Assembly (NCBI GenBank): GCA_030390025.1
Contig: CM059432.1
Span: 133,054,001-133,118,000, forward strand
Reading direction: 5' to 3'
Source of the DNA: Squalus acanthias
Taxonomy: Eukaryota
Length of the DNA stretch: 64,000 bases
The notes under the pieces were generated by a model. That model did not search any database, was not told where the DNA came from, and worked only from the letters and a program-made list of their open reading frames with translations. The position numbers and the translations under genes are program-made. Shown here piece after piece: positions 35,239-45,760 of the stretch; the stretch's first letter is position 1; the number at the start of each line of letters is the position of its first letter.

Positions 35239-36972
35239 AGTCCTTGGCTAGAAGATTTAGGTACAGATCTCTCCAGGCCGAGATTCAAGGCTCCAATGAG
35301 CAGGGTGTGGCTGGAGAGCAAGATCGACCCTCCCCTTTAAGAACTGTCTGGCGCCAGTGTGTCTGTGTTCCATCGCTAATTGACATCACCTGCGCTGCGC
35401 CCGTGCTCTGAGGTAGCGCCTCGCTCCTCGGCCTTTGCACCTTAAGACAGGTGTGTAGCGCCTGATTTAGCGCTCCAATCACCTCCAGGGGCGATAAAAG
35501 CCAAGTTTGCAGTTGGAGGCGATAATTAGCGCCAGGCGCTAAACTTTGCGCACGGCCGATAATTGCACCCCAAATGGGGTGATACTGAATTTTCCCCCCG
35601 AAGTGTTTTTAAAAGTGTACTTACCTTTGTTTCTTCCTGCAGCCTTCAGCCGCTGTGGAGCCAGATTCCCCGACATCTGCATTGTAGAGATCACAGACTG
35701 GCTGTTGCATCCTCTGATGCAACAGTCATCTGATTTCTGCAAAGTAGAAAGGTTTGATGAGTCCTGAACACAAGGACTAATCAAACTGCACAGAATGTCA
35801 GTGATGACAGCTTAACAGAGCTGTCAAACGATGACATTTCTTCTTTCAAAAATTCTTGACAGATGACACGTCATACGTTGACGTGCTCTGCAATTGGCTT
35901 TGCCTTAATTGGCCTGCTAAGCCTGCCGGGCGGGCTTAACAAGGTCAATCAGGGGAAAATCCCGCTGGTTGGCCAGAAGCTGATGGAGGCGAGACTGAAA
36001 CCCGACAAGTGGGAGTCCCGCTTCCAAAAACTTCCCATTGAGAAAATCCCCCCCTCCCCCCGATAATCAGGAAAATTAGCCCTTGCATATATCGGACACC
36101 TGCTTTTCACCATTACTCAGACCTCTAACACAAGGGATCAGCCTCGTTCATCCTCTCTGCACTTCTTCCAATGCTTGACTATCTCGTGTGTGCCTTTGAA
36201 AAAATCTCAATCAAATCTCCTTTTAGCCTTCTCTGCTCCAGTAGGAAAAAAGCCCCAGTATCTCATGCCTCTCACATGACTGCAAAGCCCAATGTTAAAA
36301 GTGTCAGCTAAGAACCCCTAAGAGCAGAGTTCACCAGCCCAATTTGGAAATGACCCCTGTAAAGTAAAGGTCTAGGCTAGGGTGACAAGGATGTTGCAGC
36401 AACAACGGATGTGCATGGTCACTGGGATGTCAAATTATCTTTCAATGTCAGAGAGTCATAGGGGTAAAAATTCACTTGGTTGCGCCTCCCGTTAGCGCCT
36501 TAAGAGGGCGCTAATGGGGCGTTAAGCCGCTAACGCCCGGGCGCAGCGCTGTTTGCGCCGCTCGAGAACTTAACTTGAGATTGTGCGGCGGCGCTAAAAC
36601 TTACCGCTGCGACCACCTGCGCGCGCAGATTGTGACGTCATTCCATGGTGCAACGCCCTTGGGGCGCCCCGGAGCGGAAATTGAGTGGCGCCCCCTGCCT
36701 TACCGCCTGGCGCTTCCAACGACCGGAAGACTGGAACGTTATCAATCGGTGTGGGGCTGGGGGGGGCGCTATTTAAAGGGGGCCTCTTCCTGTCTTTTTC
36801 TGTGGTCGACATTTATGCACCACTCGTTCTGAGAGAGAGAGAGAGATTCGGAGAGAGAGAGAGAGAGACTTCTACATTGACTCAACGCTTTGTGAGGTAG
36901 TTTTGCCTAGTTCATCCTAACTTTGTTGCTACTTTAGTTGCTGTACCTCATTACTTTTCTGGCAAAGAGAAT

Positions 36973-38133
36973 ATGGGGGCTGCAATGATTGGGGGCGTCG
37001 TCCTGCTCCAGCTGAATCGGAGGATACAGAGACGCAGACAGAGAGTGGCAATGATGGCCAGACGGAGGAGGGCCATCAGGCGCATGTACAGGAGAGCTTA
37101 CCCTCCCAGGGTATATCGTGAACAGCTCTCCTACATCCATATGTCCGAGGAGCTGTGTTTGCGAAGGCTGCGATTCAGCAAGGAGGTGGTCACTGAGCTC
37201 TGCCACCTGCTGCAGCCAGATCTGCAGCCTCAGCTGAGGTCCAGGACGTCTCTGTCGGCGGCAGTGAAGGTCACAGTGGCTTTGAACTTCTACGCCACTG
37301 GCTCATTCCAAGCTGCTGTTGGGGACCTCGCCAATATCTCCCAGTTTGCGGTGCATCGCTGCATCCGGCAGGTCACCAATGCCCTCTTCAGAAGGAGACG
37401 AGACTTCATCTCTTTCCCTATGACCCCAGACAAGCAGCGTGACCGTGCTCTGGGCTTTGCGAGGGTAGCGGGCTTCCCCATGGTGCAGGGCGCCATTGAC
37501 TGCACGCATGTGGCTTTGCGTGCTCCGCGAGAGAATGCAGAGGAATTCAGGAACAGAAAGGGGTTCCATTCCTTGAATGTGCAGTTGGTCTGTGACCACA
37601 GACAGGTGATACTCGCTGTCAATGCCCACTATCCGGGCAGCTGCCACGATGCTTTCATCCTGCGCCAGACTACTGTGGCAGAAGTTTTCGAGGCACCGCA
37701 TCAGCCAGTTGGTTGGCTTCTGGGGGACAAGGGGTACGCATTGAGCACCTGGCTGATGACACCGCTCCGTACGCCAAACACCCCTGCTGAGCTGCGGTAC
37801 AATGAAAGCCATCAAGCAACCAGGAACATTATTGAGCGCACAATCGGCGTGCTGAAACAACGGTTCCGCTGTCTGGACCATTCCGGAGGAGCCCTGCAGT
37901 ACTCGCCTGAGCAAGTTTCGAACTTCGTAGTCGTGTGCTGCATGTTGCACAACATGGCAATCCTCAGGACCCAGCCAATGCCACCAGGCCTTGTAGCACC
38001 ACCAGAGGAGGAGGAGGAAGAGGAGGAAGAGGACGAGGACGATGATCATCAGCAGCACCAAGGCAGGAGGGCGGCCCACAATGGTCAAACTGCAAGGGCC
38101 GTCCGTCAACGACTAATAGCAAGCCGCTTCTAG
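36973..38133 (+). CDS. Harbinger DDE transposase, 386 aa, intact DD35E triad
   Basis: D176 (GAIDCTH), D252 (GDKGY) and E288 (RNIIERTIG). HTH region (LNFYATGSFQ...ISQFAVHR) and acidic tail. Confidence 0.95.
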   Translation: MGAAMIGGVVLLQLNRRIQRRRQRVAMMARRRRAIRRMYRRAYPPRVYREQLSYIHMSEELCLRRLRFSKEVVTELCHLLQPDLQPQLRSRTSLSAAVKVTVALNFYATGSFQAAVGDLANISQFAVHRCIRQVTNALFRRRRDFISFPMTPDKQRDRALGFARVAGFPMVQGAIDCTHVALRAPRENAEEFRNRKGFHSLNVQLVCDHRQVILAVNAHYPGSCHDAFILRQTTVAEVFEAPHQPVGWLLGDKGYALSTWLMTPLRTPNTPAELRYNESHQATRNIIERTIGVLKQRFRCLDHSGGALQYSPEQVSNFVVVCCMLHNMAILRTQPMPPGLVAPPEEEEEEEEEDEDDDHQQHQGRRAAHNGQTARAVRQRLIASRF

Positions 38134-38360
38134 GGCCCCTGCCATTGCTACAAACACTAATCAACCCAGCACGCAACCCCTAAGCCGGCCAAGGCACCAA
38201 TAATTCCAACCACCAGCCATGTATATTTTGAATACAGAAATGTATTTATTTTACAAACTCTGTGTGTGTCAATTCCTCATGACAAACTCATAGAAATAAA
38301 CACAAAAAAACAGTCAATAACATAACTGGTTCTCACAACCTGGAGATAATGTCCAAAACA

Positions 38361-40249
38361 CTAAACAAAAGTTGGACCATGAACCTCGGCCTTTAATAAA
38401 AAAATGACCAGCATTTTGGCACACCTCCTACTTTTTGCCTTCGAGGGTGATCTCCTTCCCTTGCGCACTTCCCCCCTTCTAACCCTACTGCTCCTCCGTA
38501 ATGGGACCTCAGTGGCTGCAGCAAGGCTGCTGGAAGGCTGCTGCTCGTCAGACCCTGACACTGCAGATGCCCCTGAAGGACGGCCTCGACCACTTCTGGG
38601 CCTGGAGGGCCCGGCTGCAGACTGCACCAACTCTGCATGGGCGGCAGCAGTCTGTCCTACAGGCGGTGGCAAGTGCAGTGGAGAAGTGACAGTGTTGGCA
38701 GCAGGAATGCTGTCATCGTGAGAGAGGCCAGCAACTCCCTGCTCGCCCGACACACTGGCACTCCCACGGGGCAGCACTTCAGCATCCGAAGCAATTTGCC
38801 GGAGAACAGATTGCTGGCCTGCTGCGGCGCGGTGACAGCCCCGGGGACATGTGCACGAACCATCGAGGTTGGCAGCAGTCTGTGCTCGCGTGGCCTCCAT
38901 CTGAGTCTGTATGAGAGCAGTAAGAGGTGGGATCACGGCAGCCAGTGACTGAATTGCAGCACTAAGCGTTAGTGTGGCATCCGCCTGTGCTACAGCGAAG
39001 TGCTCCACACTCCTTGCCAGTGACTCAATGCAATCGGGCACCCTTCCCACTGCACCCATGAGCTCAGTGTGCATGCCCACCGCCTGGGTGTTCATTTCTG
39101 CAATCAGCCGCTCCTCCTCTGCGTCCATTGCAGTAGGAGTGTCTGGCATACTCTCCCTCTGGGGAGAAGGCCCCTGTTCTTCCCTACCCCAGCCATGGCG
39201 TTGCTGCAGCCCGCTGGGTCCTGGAGCTTCACCATCATCAGCCCCTTCCCCCCTGCTCCCCTCCGGGGAAGGCGTATTCCCAGTGTGGGCATGGGCTTCC
39301 TCGGGAGAGGGTGGCACTGATGCTCCGGCTTCCTCTTCCTCCTCAGCTGCAGCATCACTCCCAGTGGCAGCTTCAGGGCCCGTCTCCTCAGCTGGTGAAT
39401 CACCATCTGAAAGCAGGGAGGTACAAGAGTGGCTTTAGCGTGAGGACAGGGTGGCAGTAAGGGAGGAATAAGTGCAGCGAGTTAGCAAGTTGGATTGAAA
39501 GTGTCAAAGGCTGGTATTGTGAGGGACAAGTGGAAGGACAGAGGACAAAAAGGTGATGACCTTACCATTGCTGTCCACAACGGGGTCGGCGTCTCCAGTG
39601 GCGACAGGACCGATCACCCGGCTTGCCACAATCCTGTGGACGCGCTCCTCCAGATCGCTGAGGGGTTGCAGCTGAAGCCGCCCTCCACCCGTCCGTTGCT
39701 GCTGTCTCCGATTATGAGCCAGCTTAGCCTGCAAGAAAAAGGACAGCATCTGAGTAAATATACAGCCATGGTCTTGCCTGATGTGCCTCCCATAGGTGAA
39801 TAGCCCTTACAGTATACAGCCATGGTCTTGCCTGATGTGCCTCCCATAGGTGAATAGCCCTTACTGTATGCAAAGTGTGGAATGTGTGTGTGTGTTTGAT
39901 GAAAGGGCCATAGGTGTTGGATGAGTGTTGTGCATTGGGGTTTTAAGACCCTCTGGCCATAGAGTGAGGTTGAGATGGAGGGATGGAGAGGTATTGAGAA
40001 AAAGCCACTCACGCTGACGACCCGAGTGAGGTCGTTGAACTTTTTGCGGCATTGAACATGGGTCCTGGGCACCATGCTCCTGGAGGAGACGCTCTGAGCC
40101 ACCTCCCTCCACACTCTTCTGAACTCGCGTGGCAAAGGCCTCCTGCCACTCTCCGGGAACAGCATGCATCGTCTGCGCTCCACTACGTCAACCAGAGCAT
40201 CCAAGGCCCGCTCGGTGAAGCGATGAGCGCGTTCTCTCACCCTCTCCAT
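38361..40249 (-). CDS. Harbinger Myb/SANT-like DNA-binding partner protein, 3 exons (40249-40013, 39728-39566, 39406-38361), about 481 aa
   Basis: Exon 1 reads MERVRERAHRFTERALDALV...VWREVA...RTHVQCRKKFNDL. Donors are gtgagt and gtaagg; acceptors are ttcttgcag and ctttcag. Phases 0 and 1 join into one open frame (237+163+1046 nt). Confidence 0.88.
39763..39872. repeat. 54-bp tandem repeat, 2 copies, in Myb intron 1 of element B
   Basis: Units start at 39763 and 39817. Confidence 0.95.
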
Positions 40250-40680
40250 GCTTGGCAGCAAAATGGATTACAGGTCTCTCCAGGCTGAGATTCAAGGCTG
40301 CAATGAGCAGGTTGTGGCTGGGGAGCAAGTGGCCCCCCCCGCTTTAAGAAGTGTCCGGCGCCAGTGTGTCTGTGTTCCCTCGCTAACTGGCAGCAGCTGC
40401 GCTGCGCTCGTGCGCTGAGTTAGCGCCTCACTCCTTGGCCCTTGCGCCTTAAGAGAGGTGTGCAGCGCCTGCTTTAGCGCTCCACTCACCTCCCGGGGCG
40501 GTAAAAGTGAAGTTTCCTGTCAGTGCCGATAATTAGCGCCAGGCGCTAATATTTGCGTCCGGACGATATTTGCGCCCCAAATGGGGCGCGACCTAATTTC
40601 TACCCCATAGAGTCATAACGGCACAGAAGGAGGCCATTCAGCCATTCGAGTCCGTGCCGGCTCTCTGTAGAGCAATCCAG

Positions 40681-42819
40681 TCAGTCCCATTCCCCCGCTC
40701 TATCCCCGTAGCCCTGCAAGTTTATTTCCCTCAAGTGCCAATCCAGTCTTCCCTTGAAAACATTGAGTGTCTCCCCTTCCACCACTTCCGTCAGCAGCGA
40801 ATTCCAGGTCCTCACCACTCGCTGCGTAAAAATGTCTTTCCTCACATTCCCGCTGTATGTCTTGCCCAGAAACTTCAATCTGTGTCTCCTAGTCCTTGTA
40901 CCATCAACTAGTGGGAACAGCCTTTCCCCGTCTAGCCTATCCAAACCCGTCAGAATCTTGTACCTCTATCAAATCACCCCTCAGCCTCCTTTGCTCTAAT
41001 GAAAACAAATCCAGCTTCTCCAACCTGTCCTTGTAGCTAAGATCCCCCATCCCCGGAACCATTCTGGTAAATCTCCTCTTCACCCAATCGAGTGCCTTCA
41101 CATCCTTCCTAAAGTGTGGTGACCAGAACTGGATGCAATACTCCAGTTGTGGCCTAACCAGCACTTTATAAAGGTTCAGCATAACTTCTCTACTTTTGTA
41201 CTCAATACCTCTATTTATGAAGACTAAGATCCCATATGCTTTGCTAACCACTCTCTCAATATGTCCCGCCACCTTCAGGGACCTATGCACATTAACTCCC
41301 AGGTCCCTCTGTCCCTGCACACTCTTTAAAACTCTGCCATTAAGTGTATATTGCCTCTCCCTGTTCCTTCTGCCAAAATGCATTACCTCACACTTCTCTG
41401 TATTAAATTCCATCTGCCACTCGTCTGCCCATTCTGCTAGCCTTTCTATGTCCTGTTGCAGTCGATTGGTATCATCCTCACTATTTGCCACAACCCCAAG
41501 TTTGGTGTCATTGGCAAATGTAGAAATTCTACTCTGTATTCCAATATTCATTTATATATATCAATAAAAGCAGTGGCCCCAGCACTGACCCTTGGGGAAC
41601 ACCACTGACTACCATCCTCCAGTCTGAAAAACAGCCATTTACCACAACTTGCTGTTTTCTGTCCTTAAGCCAATTCCTTATCCAAGCTGCCACTGACCCA
41701 CCTATTCCATGAGCCTCAGTTTTGTTAACCAGCCTTCTATGTGGTACTTTGTCAAACGCCTTTCTAAAATCCATGTAGACAACATCCATTGCATTCTCTT
41801 CATCAATCCTCTCTGTTACTTCATCAAAAAATTCAATTAGATTAGTCAAACACGATCTGCCTTTTACAAATTCGTGTTGGCTCTCCTTAATTAGCTTAAA
41901 CCTTTCCAAGTGCCCGTTAATTTTTTCCTTGATTATTGTTTCTAAATCTTTACCCACCACTGATGTTAAACTGACCAGCTGTAGTTACTGGGATTGTCCT
42001 TACACCCTTTCTTGAACAATGGTGTCACATTTGCCACTTTCCAATCCTCAGGCACCTCCCCCGCATCTAGGGAAGATTGGAAAATTATATGGCAAGCCCT
42101 TCCGCTATCTCCTCCCCAATTCCCTTAGCAACCTGGGATGCAAGCCATCTGGACCAGGCTAGGAAGGAGGCATTGCTGGATCTGGTGCTGGTCAAGGAAA
42201 TTCTCCTGAACACATTTCAGAAATTCCTCCCCCTCCTTTCCCTTTAACCTAGCATTATCCCAATCGATATTTGGGTAATTAAATCCCCCAATATCACCAC
42301 TCTATAGCTCTTGCATATCTCTGCGATGTCCTTGCAGATTTGCTCCACTACCTCCCTCTCACTATTTGGAGGCCTGTAGAATACCCCCAATAGCGAGATC
42401 ATACCCTTTTTGCTCCTCAATTCTAACCAAATGGATTCTGTCCTTGTACCCTCAAGAACATCCTCCCTTTACAACACTACAATGTCTTCCTTAATCAGCA
42501 CTGCCACCCCACCACCCTGTTTTCTTTCCCTATGTTTTCTGAACACCTTGTACCCTTGAATATTAAGTGCCCAGTCCTCACCGTTTTTAAGCCATGTTTC
42601 TGTTATTGCCACAACATCATATTGCCACACGGCTAATTGTGCTTGTAGCTCACCAACCTTATTCACCACACTTTGTGCGTTTACGTACATGCATTCTGAA
42701 CCCAATTTTGAGTTTTTCATAGTTTTTCTTAGTCTGCTCCTATCTAATATGGTACTACTACTGCCTCTAGTACTTCTTTCTTCTCTAGTACTATCCAACA
42801 CACTCACTCTTTTATGCAC
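40681..42819 (-). pseudogene. CR1 ORF2 (EN + RT) fragments
   Basis: YVNAQS and VAITETWL (EN). DVVYMDFRKAFDKVPH, GVPQGSVLGP and FANDTKL (RT, catalytic D to N). Several frameshifts. Confidence 0.9.
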
Positions 42820-42870
42820 CTTATTCCTCTTTTCTACTCCTATATGCTGGTGCCCACCCCTCCTGCCAAG

Positions 42871-43784
42871 CTAGTTTAAACCCTCCCCAACAGCACTAGC
42901 AAACCTCCCCGCGAGAATATTGGTCCCGGCTCTGTTGAGGTGTAACCCGTCCGGCTTGTACAGGTCCCACCTTCCCCAGAAATGGTCCCCATGCCTCAGG
43001 AATTTAAAGCCCTCCCTCCTGCACCATCTCTCCAGCCACACATTCATCTGTTCTATCCTCCAATTCCTGTACTCACTAGCACGTGGCACCGGGAGTAATC
43101 CAGAGATTACTACCTTTGAGGTCCTGCATTTTAATCTCTATCCTAGCTCCCTATAGTCTGCCTGCAGGACCTCATCCCTCTTTCTGCCTATGTCGTTGGT
43201 ACCGATATGGACAACGACCTCTGGCTGTTCACCCTCCCCCCTCAGAGTGTCCTGCAGCCGCTCAGTGACATCCTTGACCCTGGCACCAGGGAGGCAACAC
43301 ACCGTCCTGGAGTCACGTCTGTGTCCACAGAAATGCCTATCTGTTCCCCTAACCAATGAATCCCCTATCACTATTGCTCTTCCACTCTTCTTCCTCCCCC
43401 CCCCCCCTGTGCAGCTGAGCCACCCATGGTGCCGTGGCCTTGGCTCTGGCTGCTCTCCCCAGAGGAGCCATCACCCCCACCAGTTTCCAGAACTGTGAAC
43501 CGGTTAGAGAGCGAGATGCACTCTGGGGATTCCTGCCCTACCTGCCTGGTCCTCCTTCTCTGTCTGGTGGTCACCCATTCCCTCTCTGCCTGCACATTCT
43601 GAGGCTGTGGGGTGACCACTTCTAGAAACGTGCTTTCCAAGTGTTTCTCAGCCTCGCGGATGCACTGTAGTGACTCCAGCTGCCGCTCTAGCTCTGAAAC
43701 CCGGAGCTTAAGTTGCTGCATTTGGTGACACTTCCTGCACATGTGGTCGTTCAGGCCGCAAGAAGCGTCCAGGATTTCCCACAT
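42871..43784 (-). pseudogene. CR1 ORF1 (zinc finger/leucine zipper + SGNH esterase), frameshifted
   Basis: CRKC followed by LKLRVSELERQLESL. SGNH blocks IGDSLVRG, PGA, HIGTND and DGLHLN. Confidence 0.9.
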
Positions 43785-44956
43785 GACTCAGGATGTGCAA
43801 ATCATGGGACTGAGCTGCCCTGCCATACCAGACTATGGAGGTAATTTAGCAGAAATAAACTTAAAACTTAACAAGAAACACTCAACAGCTACCCACCAAT
43901 CAGCACTTCCCTCTATTAGATCGGCTATGAACTATTTAGCAGAAATATACTCAAAACAGATCAAAAAATTAACTTACCACAAATACTCACCCTATACTCA
44001 CCTCTCAGCTCTCTTGTGCCAGCGACACCTTTGAATTCTGACGTCACTCCTTCGTTGTGTCGCTTGCCGACTGTCTCCCTCGCAGGTAGTCCGCGCACTG
44101 ACTCCCAGGCCTCTACTCTGCGCTGGTTTTATCCCCGGTCTCTGACTCCATTCCTCCCACAGGTCCGCTCACTCAGACTGTACTGCTGCCCTGTGACATC
44201 ACACCTTATTTTTTGGAAACCGTGGAAGGTCCCACCGCCGCCGCTGGTGTCGCCAATTAGGTCCTCGCTCTTTAAAGTACTCTACCGCTCTGGCTCTCCG
44301 CTCCCGCTCTTTTTAAAGTACTCTGCTGCTCTGTACCCAGTCTGTAACCTAACACCTACATGCCTGACCTGCTGTCCTGCGAATTTAACTGCTTTAAAAT
44401 AAGCTTTAACTAAAAAATGATCAAAAACCCAGAAACATGACATTCAGTTGGGATCTTTCTATGTTGGAGATAATTCAAAGAAAATGTCTTTATTATGTTA
44501 CAAACCTTATTTCCAGCACTACATTTCTCAAATGAGTTAAGATGGTGAGGAAAAGCATTTCCAAAGACCTAATTAACAAAAGAGCAATCTCTTTGGATCC
44601 TGGTCCCATTTTTTATAAATAGCTTTTAATAATTGCTCATTGCTAATTGGTTGATTTCCTAAGCACTCTGAAATTTATTGTCCAGCTTTGTTGGCTTTTG
44701 ATTGGCACGTTCTCCACCTGTTTAGTTATTATTTACTGCAGTTCTATGAATGTGAAATTTAGTCAAAACAGATGCAAGGAACAGACAGATGCAATGCAAG
44801 ATGCAATACTTTTCAAAGTATTAATATGAATCAAAGGGAAATTAAGTTCACTTTTTTAAGGTAACAGAAATTAAAGTCATTCTTAACTGCTTGTTAAAGA
44901 GGAACCATCTTCATCTATAAACACACAACGTGATGATGTACGTAACGTTGAAGTGG

Positions 44957-45405
44957 GTCAGCCGTGGCTCAGTCTGTATCCCTCTTGCCTCTGAGTCAGA
45001 AGGTTGTGGCTTCAAGTCAGACACCAGAGACTTGAGCACAAAATCTACGCTGACTCATTAATGCAGTGCTGAGGGAGTGCTACACTATCGAGGTGCTGTC
45101 TTTCAGATGAGACGTTAAACCGAGGCCCTGTCTGCCCTCTCAGGTGGACGTAAAAAAGCCCATGGCACTATTTCGAAGAAGAGCAGGGGAGTTATTCCTG
45201 GTGCCCTGGCCAATATTTATCCCTCAATCAACATCACTAAAAACTAATGTTCTGGTCATTATCTCATTGCTGTTTGTGGGAGCTTGCTGTGCGCAAATTG
45301 GCTGCCGTGTTTCCTACATTACAACAGTGACTACACTTCAAAAAGTACTTCATTGGCTGTAAAGTGCTTTGGGAAGTCCTGAGGTTGTGCAAGTCTTTCC
45401 TTTCT
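44957..45405 (+). mobile_element. SacSINE1-like SINE, full length
   Basis: gtggctcagt...gagtcagaaggttgtggcttcaagtc head, Deu body and tail. Confidence 0.85.
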
Positions 45406-45564
45406 TTTAACCGTGGGACTGTTCAATGGCAGTTGTATCAAAAATGACGAGGAATGATTTTGGCTTTTCTACCTCCCCAAGAAACACAAGGTTGGCAAAA
45501 GCTTTACATGAAAGCTGTATTTACTTAAGTGATACAAGAGTTTACCTTCAAAGCAACACACATT

Positions 45565-45760
45565 AACAACAACAACTTGTATTTATATAGCGCCTTTGAC
45601 ATAGTAAAATGTCCCAAGGCGCTTCACAGGAGCGTTACCAAACAACATTTTGACACTGAGCCATATGAGATATTAGGGCAGGTGACCAAAAGCTTGGTCA
45701 AAGAGGTAGGTTATTATGGAGCATCTTAAAGGAGGAGAGAGGTAGAGAAGTTTAGGTAGG
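45565..45760 (-). mobile_element. L2 3' UTR fragment
   Basis: aacaacaacaacttgtatttatatagcgcc..., as at 7184. Confidence 0.85.

Larger units (their letters stand above)
29170..35599 (+). mobile_element. PIF/Harbinger DNA transposon, element A (defective; carries a Penelope insert)
   Basis: TIRs gggggaaaaattcagt (29170-29185) and actgaattttcccccc (35584-35599) match 15/16. Flanks are taa and gaa. Convergent transposase and Myb genes, colinear with element B. Confidence 0.95.
28798..36054. mobile_element. Non-autonomous Harbinger-type TIR element (about 0.83 kb without inserts) hosting element A
   Basis: gggggcgattttctca (28798-28813) versus tgagaaaatccccccc (36039-36054) is a 15/16 inverted match. 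No TSD is recognisable. Confidence 0.7.
36461..40606 (+). mobile_element. PIF/Harbinger DNA transposon, element B (4146 bp, apparently intact)
   Basis: TIRs ggggtaaaaatt (36461-36472) and aatttctacccc (40595-40606) match 11/12. Perfect 3-bp TSD ata at 36458-36460 and 40607-40609. Confidence 0.96.
40607..44420 (-). mobile_element. Near full-length CR1 LINE, decayed, with an internal ORF2 deletion
   Basis: ORF1 and ORF2 pieces lie in the correct order. The 3' tail is (atagagtc)n. The 5' boundary is approximate. Confidence 0.92.

Noticed and set aside
37290..39438. Antisense and alternate-frame ORFs over the Harbinger genes (e.g. 37303-38109)
   Set aside because: They are shadows of GC-rich coding sequence with no recognisable motifs.
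36973..40249. Domesticated host genes HARBI1 / NAIF1 / MSANTD
   Set aside because: The genes lie between TIRs with a TSD and have a paralogous element next door, so they are transposon genes.
29170..40606. Tandem segmental duplication of one element
   Set aside because: Similarity stops at the TIRs. The flanks and target sites differ.
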